Shown: positions 7,544 through 14,165, counted from the stretch's first letter. The stretch is 14,165 nt of DNA from Chloroflexota bacterium (GCA_016190465.1 JACPQP010000056.1:1-14165); one strand, 5' to 3'. The notes: generated from the letters alone by a model not told the origin. Numbers and translations: made by a program.

Positions 7544-7852
7544 TCGATTCTCCGGGCAGTCTCGACGTCGGCTGAACGGAAGAAAGCGCCAATATCCTCG
7601 AGATCACTGAAGGTCGCTTTCTTCGCTCTTCCGGGCACGTTGCTCGGCCTCCCAATCGACGCCAGCCTCTCGTGGCATTCTAGCACGAGTCTCCCGGTGG
7701 AGCAACCGCAGAATGGATGCACAAAAAGGAAGAGCCTTGCTCTCCGCGACCGAAAGGGCTATGCTTGAGTATGTTCACCCCAGATGCGACGGGAAGAAGT
7801 CACCCCTGCGGAAGTGATGTTCGAACCGCTGGATAGCCTGTAGCTGACCACT

Positions 7853-8578
7853 ATGGAAACGATCTTCCTGGCCTGCTTCCTGTTCGGAGCCCTGTTCACG
7901 ATCCTGTCCTTTGGGCTGGGGTTCGCCGGATCCGCGCTGCACGGCCACACCGGAGATATCGGAGCCGGCGACCACGGCGGGTTGGACGCGTCGGCCGGGC
8001 AGTGGGGACACGTCGGACCTCTCCACGGCCACGACGTCGGCACGGCCCCCCACGCCGATCACGGCGACAGCGCCACGGCCGGTCGTCTGCGCCTGCCGCT
8101 CCTCAACGTCTCCTCGCTGCTCGCCTTCCTGACCTGGTTTGGCGCCGCGGGCTACCTCCTGTTGCGTTTTGCGGCATGGCCACCGCTGGCCGCGGTCGGC
8201 GGAGGTGTGATCGCTGGTGGCGTCGCCGGCGTGCTGATCGCGCTCCTCCTGGCCGGCCTGCGAGCCGGCGAGCAGGAGATGGACCCACGCGACTACCGGC
8301 TGGATGGAACGATCGCCCGGGTGACGGCGGGCATCCCGGCGGAAGGCGTGGGGGAGATTGTGTTCACGAAGGCCGGGAGTCGGCGAAGCGAGGCGGCGCG
8401 CAGCATCGACGGCCGGCCGGTCGCCCGCGGCACGGAGGTGGTCATCATCGACTACTCGCGTGGGGTCGCCCAGGTGCAGCCGTGGGACGAGTTCACGGCG
8501 AGGACTCAGCCAGGAGCACCTGAGCGCCCTACCTCTGTCGAGCAGGCTGACCGAGAGGCGTCAGCGGACGAATCGTAG
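7853..8578 (+). CDS. nfeD: NfeD-like membrane protein (YuaF-like flotillin partner), with a His-rich insertion between the TM segments
   Basis: 241 aa with an N-terminal TM (ETIFLACFLFGALFTILSFGLGF), additional TMs (LLAFLTWFGAAGYLLL...VIAGGVAGVLIALLLAGL) and a C-terminal soluble OB-fold-like beta domain (GTIARVTAGIPAEGVGEIVFTKAGSRRSEAARSIDGRPVARGTEVVIIDYSRGVAQVQP). It lies immediately upstream of a flotillin gene. The His-rich loop is HGHTGDIGAGDHGGLDASAGQWGHVGPLHGHDVGTAPHADHGD. Confidence 0.75.
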   Translation: METIFLACFLFGALFTILSFGLGFAGSALHGHTGDIGAGDHGGLDASAGQWGHVGPLHGHDVGTAPHADHGDSATAGRLRLPLLNVSSLLAFLTWFGAAGYLLLRFAAWPPLAAVGGGVIAGGVAGVLIALLLAGLRAGEQEMDPRDYRLDGTIARVTAGIPAEGVGEIVFTKAGSRRSEAARSIDGRPVARGTEVVIIDYSRGVAQVQPWDEFTARTQPGAPERPTSVEQADREASADES

Positions 8579-8592
8579 GAGAGGAGTCATCA

Positions 8593-10092
8593 GTGGATCA
8601 ACTGTTTGGCCTCGTGGGCATCATCGTGGTTGCTGTCCTCACATTCCTTATGCTCATCTTGATGATTGGGAGCCTCTACCGGCGGGTCGGCCCCAACCAG
8701 GCGCTGATCGTGTTCGGCTCCGGCGGCACGCACATCGTCACGGGCAGTGGCAAGCTCGTATGGCCGCTGCTCCAGAGCTGCCAGGAGCTGTCGCTGGAGT
8801 TGATGTCGTTCGATGTGGCGCCGGAGCAGGACCTCTACACCTCGCAAGGCGTGGCGGTCAACGTCGAGGCGGTGGCGCAGATCAAGGTGAAATCCGATCC
8901 CGACAGCGTCCGGACCGCTGCCGAGCAGTTCCTGACCAAGCCACAGCAGGAGCGTGAGGCGCTCATCCGCCTGGTGATGGAGGGGCACCTACGCGGCATC
9001 GTCGGCTTGCTCACGGTCGAGCAGATCGTCAAGGAACCGGAAATGGTCGCGGGCCGCGTACGCCAGACGGTTGCCGACGATTTCAGCAAGATGGGCCTGG
9101 AGGTCGTCTCCTTCACGATCAAGAAGGTGATGGACGAGAAGGACTACATCAGCAACATGGGCCGGCCGGACGTCGCGCGGATCAAACGCGAAGCGGAGAT
9201 CGCCCAGGCCGAGGCGGAGCGGGACATCGCCATTCGGCGCGCGATGGCCGCCCGCGAGGCCGCGATCGCCCAGGCGCAGGCGGACCAGGAGCGGGTGATC
9301 GCGCAGGCGGCCTCCCAGACGAGGCAGGCCGAGGCGACGCGCGATCTCGAGATCAAGAAAGCGGAGTACGACGCGGCGGTCCGCCAGCAGCGGGCGACGG
9401 CCGAGAAGGCGTACGATATCGCGGCCAACCAGGCGCAGCAGAAGGTGGTGGCCGAGCAGGTTCGGATCGACCAGGTGCAGCGGCAGGAGGAGATCCGGGT
9501 GCAGGAACTGGAGGTGCAGCGGCGCGAGCGGGAGCTCGAGGCTACGGTGATCAAGCAGGCCGCGGCCGAGCAGCGCCAGATCGAGATCCTGGCCGATGCG
9601 CAGCGCCAGAAGGTCGTCCAGGAGGCGACCGGCCAGGCGGAGGCGACGCGTCTCCAGGGCGCCGCCGAGGCCGACGTTGTCCGGGTGACGGGCCAGGCCG
9701 AGGCGGAGATCGTTCGGGCCAAGGGCCAGGCCGAAGCCGACGCCATGCACCTGCGCGCCGATGCCTACCAGGCGTACAACCAGGCCGCGGTGCTGGACAA
9801 GATGCTCGGCGGCATGCCGGAGCTTGCCCGAGCGTTCGCCCAGGCCCTCTCCGGCGTGGACAGGATCGCCATCGTCTCCACCGGCGATGGACGCGGTCCG
9901 GGCGCCAGCGCACTCACCGGCGAGGTCGCGAAGATGGTCGCCCAGGTGCCGGAGCTCATCGAGACGCTCACCGGCAAGCGCATCGGCGAGCTATTGGATC
10001 GACTTCAGGCCCCCAACCCGACTTCGGCGGCCCCCACACCTGGCGACGGTGCGTCCGGACAGGGCGAAGACTCCGGTGCCGTGCGTCACTGA
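8593..10092 (+). CDS. floT: flotillin-like SPFH/band-7 protein (FloT/YuaG-like) with a long Ala/Glu/Gln-rich coiled-coil (flotillin repeats)
   Basis: 499 aa with an N-terminal membrane hairpin, an SPFH domain (ALIVFGSGGTHIVTGSGKLVWPLLQ...), then EA-rich repeats (AQAEAERDIAIRRAMAAREAAIAQAQAD...). GTG start at 8593 lies 6 nt after GAGGAG and 14 nt after the nfeD stop. Confidence 0.85.
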   Translation: MDQLFGLVGIIVVAVLTFLMLILMIGSLYRRVGPNQALIVFGSGGTHIVTGSGKLVWPLLQSCQELSLELMSFDVAPEQDLYTSQGVAVNVEAVAQIKVKSDPDSVRTAAEQFLTKPQQEREALIRLVMEGHLRGIVGLLTVEQIVKEPEMVAGRVRQTVADDFSKMGLEVVSFTIKKVMDEKDYISNMGRPDVARIKREAEIAQAEAERDIAIRRAMAAREAAIAQAQADQERVIAQAASQTRQAEATRDLEIKKAEYDAAVRQQRATAEKAYDIAANQAQQKVVAEQVRIDQVQRQEEIRVQELEVQRRERELEATVIKQAAAEQRQIEILADAQRQKVVQEATGQAEATRLQGAAEADVVRVTGQAEAEIVRAKGQAEADAMHLRADAYQAYNQAAVLDKMLGGMPELARAFAQALSGVDRIAIVSTGDGRGPGASALTGEVAKMVAQVPELIETLTGKRIGELLDRLQAPNPTSAAPTPGDGASGQGEDSGAVRH

Positions 10093-10116
10093 TGGCGGGC
10101 TCACCACAACGACACC

Positions 10117-10160
10117 GGGGTACGGGGCTTACCACCAGGACACGAAGGGCACAAAGATCC
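10117..10160 (+). repeat. copy 2 of the same element, 3' of the floT stop: GGGGTACGGGGCTT-aCCACcagGACACGAAg-ggCACAAAGAtcc
   Basis: Exact 14-mer shared with copy 1, plus conserved CCAC and GACACGAA blocks in the same orientation relative to the upstream gene. It lies in the 80-nt convergent intergenic gap. Confidence 0.35.
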
Positions 10161-10172
10161 CGTGAGGCGCTC

Positions 10173-10601
10173 TTACCTCGGCGCGGGCGGGAGAAGCACG
10201 ACGATGTCCCTGGCAAGCTCCGGCCCGCTCATCCGCCGGGCCGCCGCCGCCAGGTGCTCGGTCTGCTCGGCCAGCGCAGGAGACGGCAGCGAGGCGGCGA
10301 GATCGGCAAGGAGCATGACCAGCGTTCCTGCATCGTCATCCTGGCGGCAACCGATCACCAGGTCGAGCATCTGAAGCTGTGCGCGCAGGCGATCGAGGCC
10401 GAGCGCGATCGCCTGCGCAGCGCGGTCGTCAGCGGCAATCGCGGCGGTCGCCCGGGCGTGGGCGTCGGCCCAGGCGACTGCCCAGTCGAGCAACGGCTGC
10501 GCCTCGTCGTCGGCAAGATGCGCCCGAAGCCGCTCGTCTCCCAGGATGGCATCGGCCGCACGCTCGCGCCGACGTTGCAGGACATCAAGTGGGACCGGCA
10601 C
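10173..10601 (-). CDS. hypothetical acidic alpha-helical protein (no recognised domain)
   Basis: 142 aa with coding-like GC3 bias and a sensible Ala/Leu/Asp composition, unlike the Arg-rich antisense frames. GTG start, no clear RBS. It lies 85 nt downstream of the PLD gene on the same strand and is convergent with floT. Confidence 0.4.
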   Translation of the reverse strand: MPVPLDVLQRRRERAADAILGDERLRAHLADDEAQPLLDWAVAWADAHARATAAIAADDRAAQAIALGLDRLRAQLQMLDLVIGCRQDDDAGTLVMLLADLAASLPSPALAEQTEHLAAAARRMSGPELARDIVVLLPPAPR

Positions 10602-10685
10602 GGCGGCCCAGCGCTGAGTGGCGAGGGCCGACGCCGCTCGCCGAATCCGTGCCCATCAACTCACAACCTGTCCTTCCTACCTGAC

Positions 10686-11807
10686 TCACTGTCCACGGTC
10701 GGCCTGCGCCCGAACCCGGTCGTACTCGGCGAGGAACTGATGTGCAAGCTCCGCACCCTCCGTTCCATCGCGAATGACGAGCAGGTTCTCGTCGTTATCG
10801 GTGGCCGCGCCGCTGGAGAAGTTGAACGAGCCAAAGAGGACAACCCGTCCGTCGATCACAATCACTTTGTGGTGCATGGCGTAGGGGTTTCCATCCTGAC
10901 GGACGTCCACACCTGCCGCTCGCAATCGGCCGAACTCGGAGAACTGCGTCTCCGAACCGGTCTTCTCGACCACCCCGGCGACGTGCACCCCGGCCCGCTG
11001 CCGCTCGATCATCGCGGCGCCGATCGCGTCGTGCGTGAACGAGAATGCCAGAAAGCGGACACTCTGCTGCGCTCGGCCGATCTCCGCGACCGCCAGGTTA
11101 TCGCACTGCATCTCCGACTCGAAGCACGTATCCACGGTGAGGCCGCCGATCGCCACGCGCGGATGCGGCAGATCGCGTGGCTTCGTCGGGCCGAACTTTC
11201 GCAGGACAAACATCTTCTCGAACTCGGTCGTGAAGTTCTCGGCCAGCTCGGCCGAATGGAAGATCGCGGCGTTGTTGTCGAGGCGGAACGTATCGCCCTC
11301 CGTGAAGTTCCACGAGCCGGTCCACACCCACTCGCGATCGACGACGGCGAACTTGTGGTGCATGATGCCGCTGCGCTGATCGTCTACGATGGGTACGCGG
11401 GCGTCGCGGACGATCGCGAGCGCAGCCTGGACCCGGGCATCGCGACTTCTGACGGTATCGGTGTCCGTGACCAGGCGCACAGCCACCCCCCGCTGCCTGG
11501 CCGCGGCGAGCGCCTCGGCGACGTTGGGGAGGTCGAAGTCGTAGATGGCCAGGTCGACGGACCGGCGCGCCGCCTGGAGGTAGGCGACGAGATGGCGATC
11601 CAACCCGGGCGCGCGACGGGCCGGTTCGTCGGGATAGCGTGGGGAGGTGAAGAAGACCGCGTGCGTATCGGGGAGTGCGACGGTCTCGCCCCCCGGCGAT
11701 TGCCATCGGATCATGCCGACGACGACGAACGCGGCTAGCGCAACCGCCAGGACAACCAGGGCGAGGAGCGGGCGCCATCGAGCTCCTGCCCATCGCTCTG
11801 TGCTCAC
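10686..11807 (-). CDS. phospholipase D family protein with two HKD motifs and an N-terminal signal-anchor (cardiolipin-synthase/PLD-like)
   Basis: 373 aa. Two HxK(x)4D(x)6G(S/T)xN motifs: HHKFAVVDREWVWTGSWNFT and HHKVIVIDGRVVLFGSFNFSSGAATDNDEN. N-terminal hydrophobic segment LLALVVLAVALAAFVVVGMI. GTG start at 11807. Confidence 0.85.
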   Translation of the reverse strand: MSTERWAGARWRPLLALVVLAVALAAFVVVGMIRWQSPGGETVALPDTHAVFFTSPRYPDEPARRAPGLDRHLVAYLQAARRSVDLAIYDFDLPNVAEALAAARQRGVAVRLVTDTDTVRSRDARVQAALAIVRDARVPIVDDQRSGIMHHKFAVVDREWVWTGSWNFTEGDTFRLDNNAAIFHSAELAENFTTEFEKMFVLRKFGPTKPRDLPHPRVAIGGLTVDTCFESEMQCDNLAVAEIGRAQQSVRFLAFSFTHDAIGAAMIERQRAGVHVAGVVEKTGSETQFSEFGRLRAAGVDVRQDGNPYAMHHKVIVIDGRVVLFGSFNFSSGAATDNDENLLVIRDGTEGAELAHQFLAEYDRVRAQADRGQ

Positions 11808-11856
11808 TGCATCAGGGATTGTATCACGTCAACCACTACATCCCCTGGAGGAAAAC

Positions 11857-13410
11857 GTGAAGGCGATCATCAGTGTTTCGGACAAGTCCGGCCTCATCGA
11901 ATTTGCCCGGGGGCTTGTCGAGCGAGGCATCACGATCTACTCCACCGGCGGAACGATGCACGCGCTCACCGGCGAGCGGGTGCCCGCGACGAGCATCGCC
12001 GACCTGACCGGCTTCCCGGAGATCCTGGGTGGCCGGGTCAAGACGCTCCACCCCAGCGTCCACGCCGGGATCCTGGCCCGGCGGAACCTACCGGAGCACC
12101 AGGCCGACCTCGCCCGGCACGGCATCTCGCCGATCGACCTGGTCGTCGTGAATCTCTATCCCTTCCGGACCACTATCGAGCGGCCGGGGACCGGCCTCGA
12201 GGAGGCCATCGAGCAGATCGACATCGGGGGCGTCACGTTGATTCGCGCGGCGGCGAAGAACTTCTCCGACGTGCTCGTAGTGGTCGACCCGGCCGATTAC
12301 CCGTCGGTTCTCGAGCAGATCGAGCGGGGAGAGGTCGAACTCCAAGAGCGCCGACGCCTGGCCGCGAAGGCGTTTCGGCACACGGCGGTCTACGACACGC
12401 ACATCGCCGGTTATCTGTCTGGCCCGGCCGAGGCTCTGCCCGCGTCTCTACCCATCGCGCTCGAGAAGCTCCACGACGTCGAGCCGGCCGAGAACATGCA
12501 CCAACGTGCCGCGCTGTACGTTCAGACGCCGAGCCCGGACCGTGGCGTCGGCATAGCCGGTGGCCGAGTCCTCGTCGGGGCGCCGCTGTCCTATGCGGAG
12601 GCCGTCGATCTTGACGCCGCGCTGGCCATCGTGCGCGACTTTGGGGCGACGGCGGTGGGGATTACCCGTTGGGGCGGTCTCTGCGGTGTCGCCTGTGGCC
12701 CGGTCCTGGCCGAGACGTACGCCCGCGCGCACGCGGGGGACCCGCCGCTGGCGGCGGGTGGATGTGTCGCTTTCAACCGCCCGGTCGACGAGGATGCGGC
12801 GCGCCTGGTCGCCGGGGTGCGCTACGCCACGGTCTGCGCCCCGCACTTCCCACCCGAGGCGGTCGCCGTCTTCAAACAGTTCGACGATGTCCGGCTGGTA
12901 GAAGTCGATCTGGCGCCGCTCGATGAAGCCGTGCTGCGAATGAGTCTGACGCTGGCGCTGGACTTCCGCCCGGTCAGTGGTGGATTCCTCGTGCAAACGC
13001 GCGATGCGCTCTCGGAGGACGATGAGTCCTTCCGCTCAGCCGCCAGTCGCGAGCCAACGCTTGACGAGTTCACCGACCTGATCTTCGCCTGGCGCTGCGC
13101 GAAGCACGCTCGCTCGCACGCCGTGGTGTTGGCGCATCGACTCTCGGTGATCGGCGTCGGCGCCGGGCAGCTCTGCCAGGCCGAGGCCGTGGAGGTCGCG
13201 CTCCGAAAGGCGGGGAAACGACGGATCGGCAGTGTGATGGCGATCGATGGGCGCTGCGATTGGTCCGATGCGGTCGAGGCGGTAGTGCGGGCAGGAGTGA
13301 CGGCGCTCATCCTGCCAGAGGGCAGCATTCGCGACGAGGAGCTGGTGCGCGATGCAAACCGTCACCACCTCGCGCTGGTCTTCGCCCGGCATGCCCACGT
13401 CAAGCACTAG
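11857..13410 (+). CDS. purH: bifunctional AICAR formyltransferase / IMP cyclohydrolase
   Basis: The N-terminus VKAIISVSDKSGLIEFARGLVERGITIYSTGGT...GRVKTLHP..HAGILARR matches the PurH MGS-like domain. GTG 11857 lies 5 nt after GGAGG (11847-11851). The 70 upstream codons in the track ORF were discarded. Stop TAG 13408-13410. Confidence 0.9.
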   Translation: MKAIISVSDKSGLIEFARGLVERGITIYSTGGTMHALTGERVPATSIADLTGFPEILGGRVKTLHPSVHAGILARRNLPEHQADLARHGISPIDLVVVNLYPFRTTIERPGTGLEEAIEQIDIGGVTLIRAAAKNFSDVLVVVDPADYPSVLEQIERGEVELQERRRLAAKAFRHTAVYDTHIAGYLSGPAEALPASLPIALEKLHDVEPAENMHQRAALYVQTPSPDRGVGIAGGRVLVGAPLSYAEAVDLDAALAIVRDFGATAVGITRWGGLCGVACGPVLAETYARAHAGDPPLAAGGCVAFNRPVDEDAARLVAGVRYATVCAPHFPPEAVAVFKQFDDVRLVEVDLAPLDEAVLRMSLTLALDFRPVSGGFLVQTRDALSEDDESFRSAASREPTLDEFTDLIFAWRCAKHARSHAVVLAHRLSVIGVGAGQLCQAEAVEVALRKAGKRRIGSVMAIDGRCDWSDAVEAVVRAGVTALILPEGSIRDEELVRDANRHHLALVFARHAHVKH

Positions 13411-13417
13411 CGGCATT

Positions 13418-13491
13418 GCCGATTTCAGATTCCAGATTGCAGATTTCCGATGAGCTGAATCTGCAATCTCACATCTGCAATCTGACATCCC
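13418..13491. repeat. composite heptad array: 3 tandem CAGATTN heptads, a 10-nt spacer, then 4 tandem inverted NAATCTG/NCATCTG heptads
   Basis: cagattc 13426-32, cagattg 13433-39, cagattt 13440-46; spacer ccgatgagct; gaatctg 13457-63, caatctc 13464-70, acatctg 13471-77, caatctg 13478-84. cagattgcagat (13433-44) can pair perfectly with 13473-84 (12 bp), or alternatively with 13458-69. Flanking ccgatttc / gatttccgat repeats are also present. Confidence 0.6.
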
Positions 13492-13530
13492 CCTTTGGGT
13501 TGTCGTATCAAGCATCAGCGCAGCGACTTT

Positions 13531-13612
13531 CCGACACGAATCTTATAGCACCGGGATATAATGCGGTGGTGAGCGATCAGCCACCAGGCTGCGGGAACGT
13601 GGCCGACACGAA
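13531..13612 (+). promoter_or_regulatory. candidate promoter of the fmdB-like gene: TATAAT at 13557-13562 flanked by exact direct repeats CCGACACGAA (13531-13540 and 13603-13612)
   Basis: TATAAT hexamer with only a weak -35 (cgacac, overlapping repeat copy 1). The second 10-mer copy lies 72 nt downstream of the first. Confidence 0.3.
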
Positions 13613-13659
13613 CGGTAACCATAGATAAACACAGATACGCGCGGTTGAACGGTGTGGCC

Positions 13660-13690
13660 CAGGGCCGGCGAGCGGTGCGCTCCGGCCCTG
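13660..13690 (+). other. GC-rich perfect 9-bp stem-loop (cagggccgg / ccggccctg) in the leader, about 43 nt upstream of the fmdB-like start
   Basis: 13660-13668 pairs with 13682-13690, with a 13-nt loop. No U-tract follows. Confidence 0.4.
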
Positions 13691-13732
13691 CCGTGAGTCC
13701 GCCGCGTACATTGCGATCTGGGAGGATAGCGC

Positions 13733-14056
13733 ATGCCCGTTTACGAGTACCAGTGTACCTCTTGCCAGGTGCGTTTCGAGCGCAAACAGAGCTTCTCCGA
13801 CGACCCGATTCGGGTCTGCCCGACCTGTGGCGGCCAGACTCGGCGCGTCTTCTTTCCCGCGGGCATCATCTTCAAGGGATCTGGCTGGTACATCACTGAT
13901 AGTCGTAAGGCTACTTCCTCTGATGGATCCGCAAAGGAACCGGCAAAGGAACCGGCGAAGGAGTCGGCCAAAGACGGCGAGGCGAAACCCGAGGTCAAGT
14001 CGGAACCCCGGGGCGACGCCAAGCGGGAGTCGAGCACAGCCGCGGCGGGGGCCTAA
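13733..14056 (+). CDS. FmdB-family zinc-ribbon protein (putative regulatory protein) with a C-terminal Lys/Glu/Pro-rich tail containing tetrapeptide repeats
   Basis: MPVYEYQCTSCQVRFERKQSFSDDPIRVCPTCGG carries the FmdB CxxC...CPxCG signature. ATG 13733 lies 7 nt after GGAGGA. The tail AKEPAKEPAKESAKDG is encoded by a 12-nt tandem repeat at 13932-13979. Confidence 0.8.
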   Translation: MPVYEYQCTSCQVRFERKQSFSDDPIRVCPTCGGQTRRVFFPAGIIFKGSGWYITDSRKATSSDGSAKEPAKEPAKESAKDGEAKPEVKSEPRGDAKRESSTAAAGA

Positions 14057-14059
14057 GGG

Positions 14060-14145
14060 GTCGTCACAGAATAAGTGTACCAATTTGGCGACCAGATGTG
14101 GCGAGCTGTCTCCTGTGGTCGTAATCGACGTGAGACAGTTATTCC
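14060..14145. repeat. imperfect inverted repeat downstream of the fmdB-like gene (cgtcacagaataa ... ttattccgtgacg), with an inner 7-bp inverted repeat ctgtctc...gagacag
   Basis: 14060-14072 against 14133-14145 has 1 mismatch in 13 nt. ctgtctc at 14109-14115 pairs with gagacag further 3' (a 7-bp stem with a 19-nt loop). The window ends at 14165, so the context is incomplete. Confidence 0.3.
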
Positions 14146-14165
14146 GTGACGGGCCCTAAGTAGTC

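Noticed and set aside
7540-7722. 60-aa - ORF in the nfeD upstream region (plus 7452..7655 -)
   Set aside because: No RBS, no homology, Cys/Arg-rich. More likely non-coding leader/promoter DNA.
5840-7768. 642-aa + ORF and 466-aa - ORF (5913..7313)
   Set aside because: They span two convergent, well-supported genes (isomerase and alpha/beta hydrolase) in the wrong frame or strand. Extreme Arg/Gly/Pro content.
7759-8062. 94-95-aa - strand ORFs overlapping the nfeD start
   Set aside because: Antisense to the nfeD TM-helix coding region. Pro/Ser/Ala-rich artefacts.
8989-9750. 253-aa - ORF, 9144..9746 - ORF and 9551..9913 - ORF inside the flotillin gene
   Set aside because: Antisense to the GC-rich, repeat-encoding coiled-coil region of floT. 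Low-complexity Leu/Arg/Ala frames.
10092-11738. 548-aa + ORF opposite the PLD gene and the hypothetical ORF; also 11098..11793 - (231 aa, alternate frame)
   Set aside because: The PLD frame carries two canonical HKD motifs. The competing frames are Arg-rich, motif-less and contain no plausible RBS.
11647-11856. 70-codon N-terminal extension of the purH ORF in the track (start 11647)
   Set aside because: The extension overlaps the divergent PLD gene start, has no homology and is Arg/Ala/Thr-rich. The conserved PurH N-terminus begins at GTG 11857, which has a good GGAGG RBS.
13036-13515. 159-aa - ORF overlapping the 3' end of purH and the heptad repeat region; also 13260..13628 + and 13543..13734 - ORFs
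   Set aside because: They overlap conserved purH coding sequence in the wrong frame, or lie in repeat or leader DNA. No RBS or homology.
13500-13730. Possible tRNA or riboswitch in the 322-nt purH / fmdB-like spacer
   Set aside because: No T-loop (GTTCRANYC) or cloverleaf could be built. No recognisable riboswitch consensus (SAM, TPP, cobalamin, c-di-AMP) by eye. Only the heptad array, the 10-mer repeats and one GC hairpin could be supported.
13645-13899. 84-aa + ORF overlapping the fmdB-like start in another frame
   Set aside because: The FmdB frame has a clear CxxC...CPxCG signature and RBS. This frame is Arg/Leu-rich with no support.
1-14165. CRISPR arrays, transposases/integrases, rRNA/tRNA genes
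   Set aside because: No regularly spaced direct repeats with unique spacers, no IS-like terminal inverted repeats flanking an ORF, and no rRNA/tRNA-like sequence were found anywhere in the window.

Overview
High-GC bacterial chromosomal window, possibly Chloroflexota-like (low confidence), that looks like core genome rather than an accessory island. Features in order: (i) 3' fragment of a PfkB-family kinase (-); (ii) the conserved rpmH-rnpA-yidD-yidC-jag cluster on the - strand, with a consensus sigma70 promoter, and a GH116 glycosidase immediately upstream where dnaA/oriC often sits; (iii) a carbohydrate locus: GH116 glycoside hydrolase (-) divergent from a sugar-phosphate isomerase/epimerase (+), convergent with an alpha/beta hydrolase (-); (iv) an nfeD-floT (YuaF/YuaG-like) flotillin operon (+) whose NfeD partner has an unusual His-rich loop; (v) a hypothetical helical protein and a membrane-anchored two-HKD phospholipase-D-family protein (-); (vi) purH (+); (vii) an FmdB-family zinc-ribbon gene (+). 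No tRNA/rRNA, CRISPR array, transposase or integrase was recognised. The features that remain unexplained are non-coding: a family of CAGATTN / NAATCTG heptads (3 direct plus 4 inverted copies downstream of purH, further copies between yidD and yidC), CCGACACGAA direct repeats around the fmdB-like promoter, a shared GGGGTACGGGGCTT..GACACGAA element just 3' of jag and floT, and CCTCTCC/GGAGAGG-type GC hairpins. Many long ORFs in the six-frame track are antisense artefacts of the high GC content and were rejected. I cannot point to a clear new multi-gene system. The heptad/GACACGAA repeat network and the His-rich NfeD-flotillin-PLD membrane neighbourhood are the candidates most worth testing.
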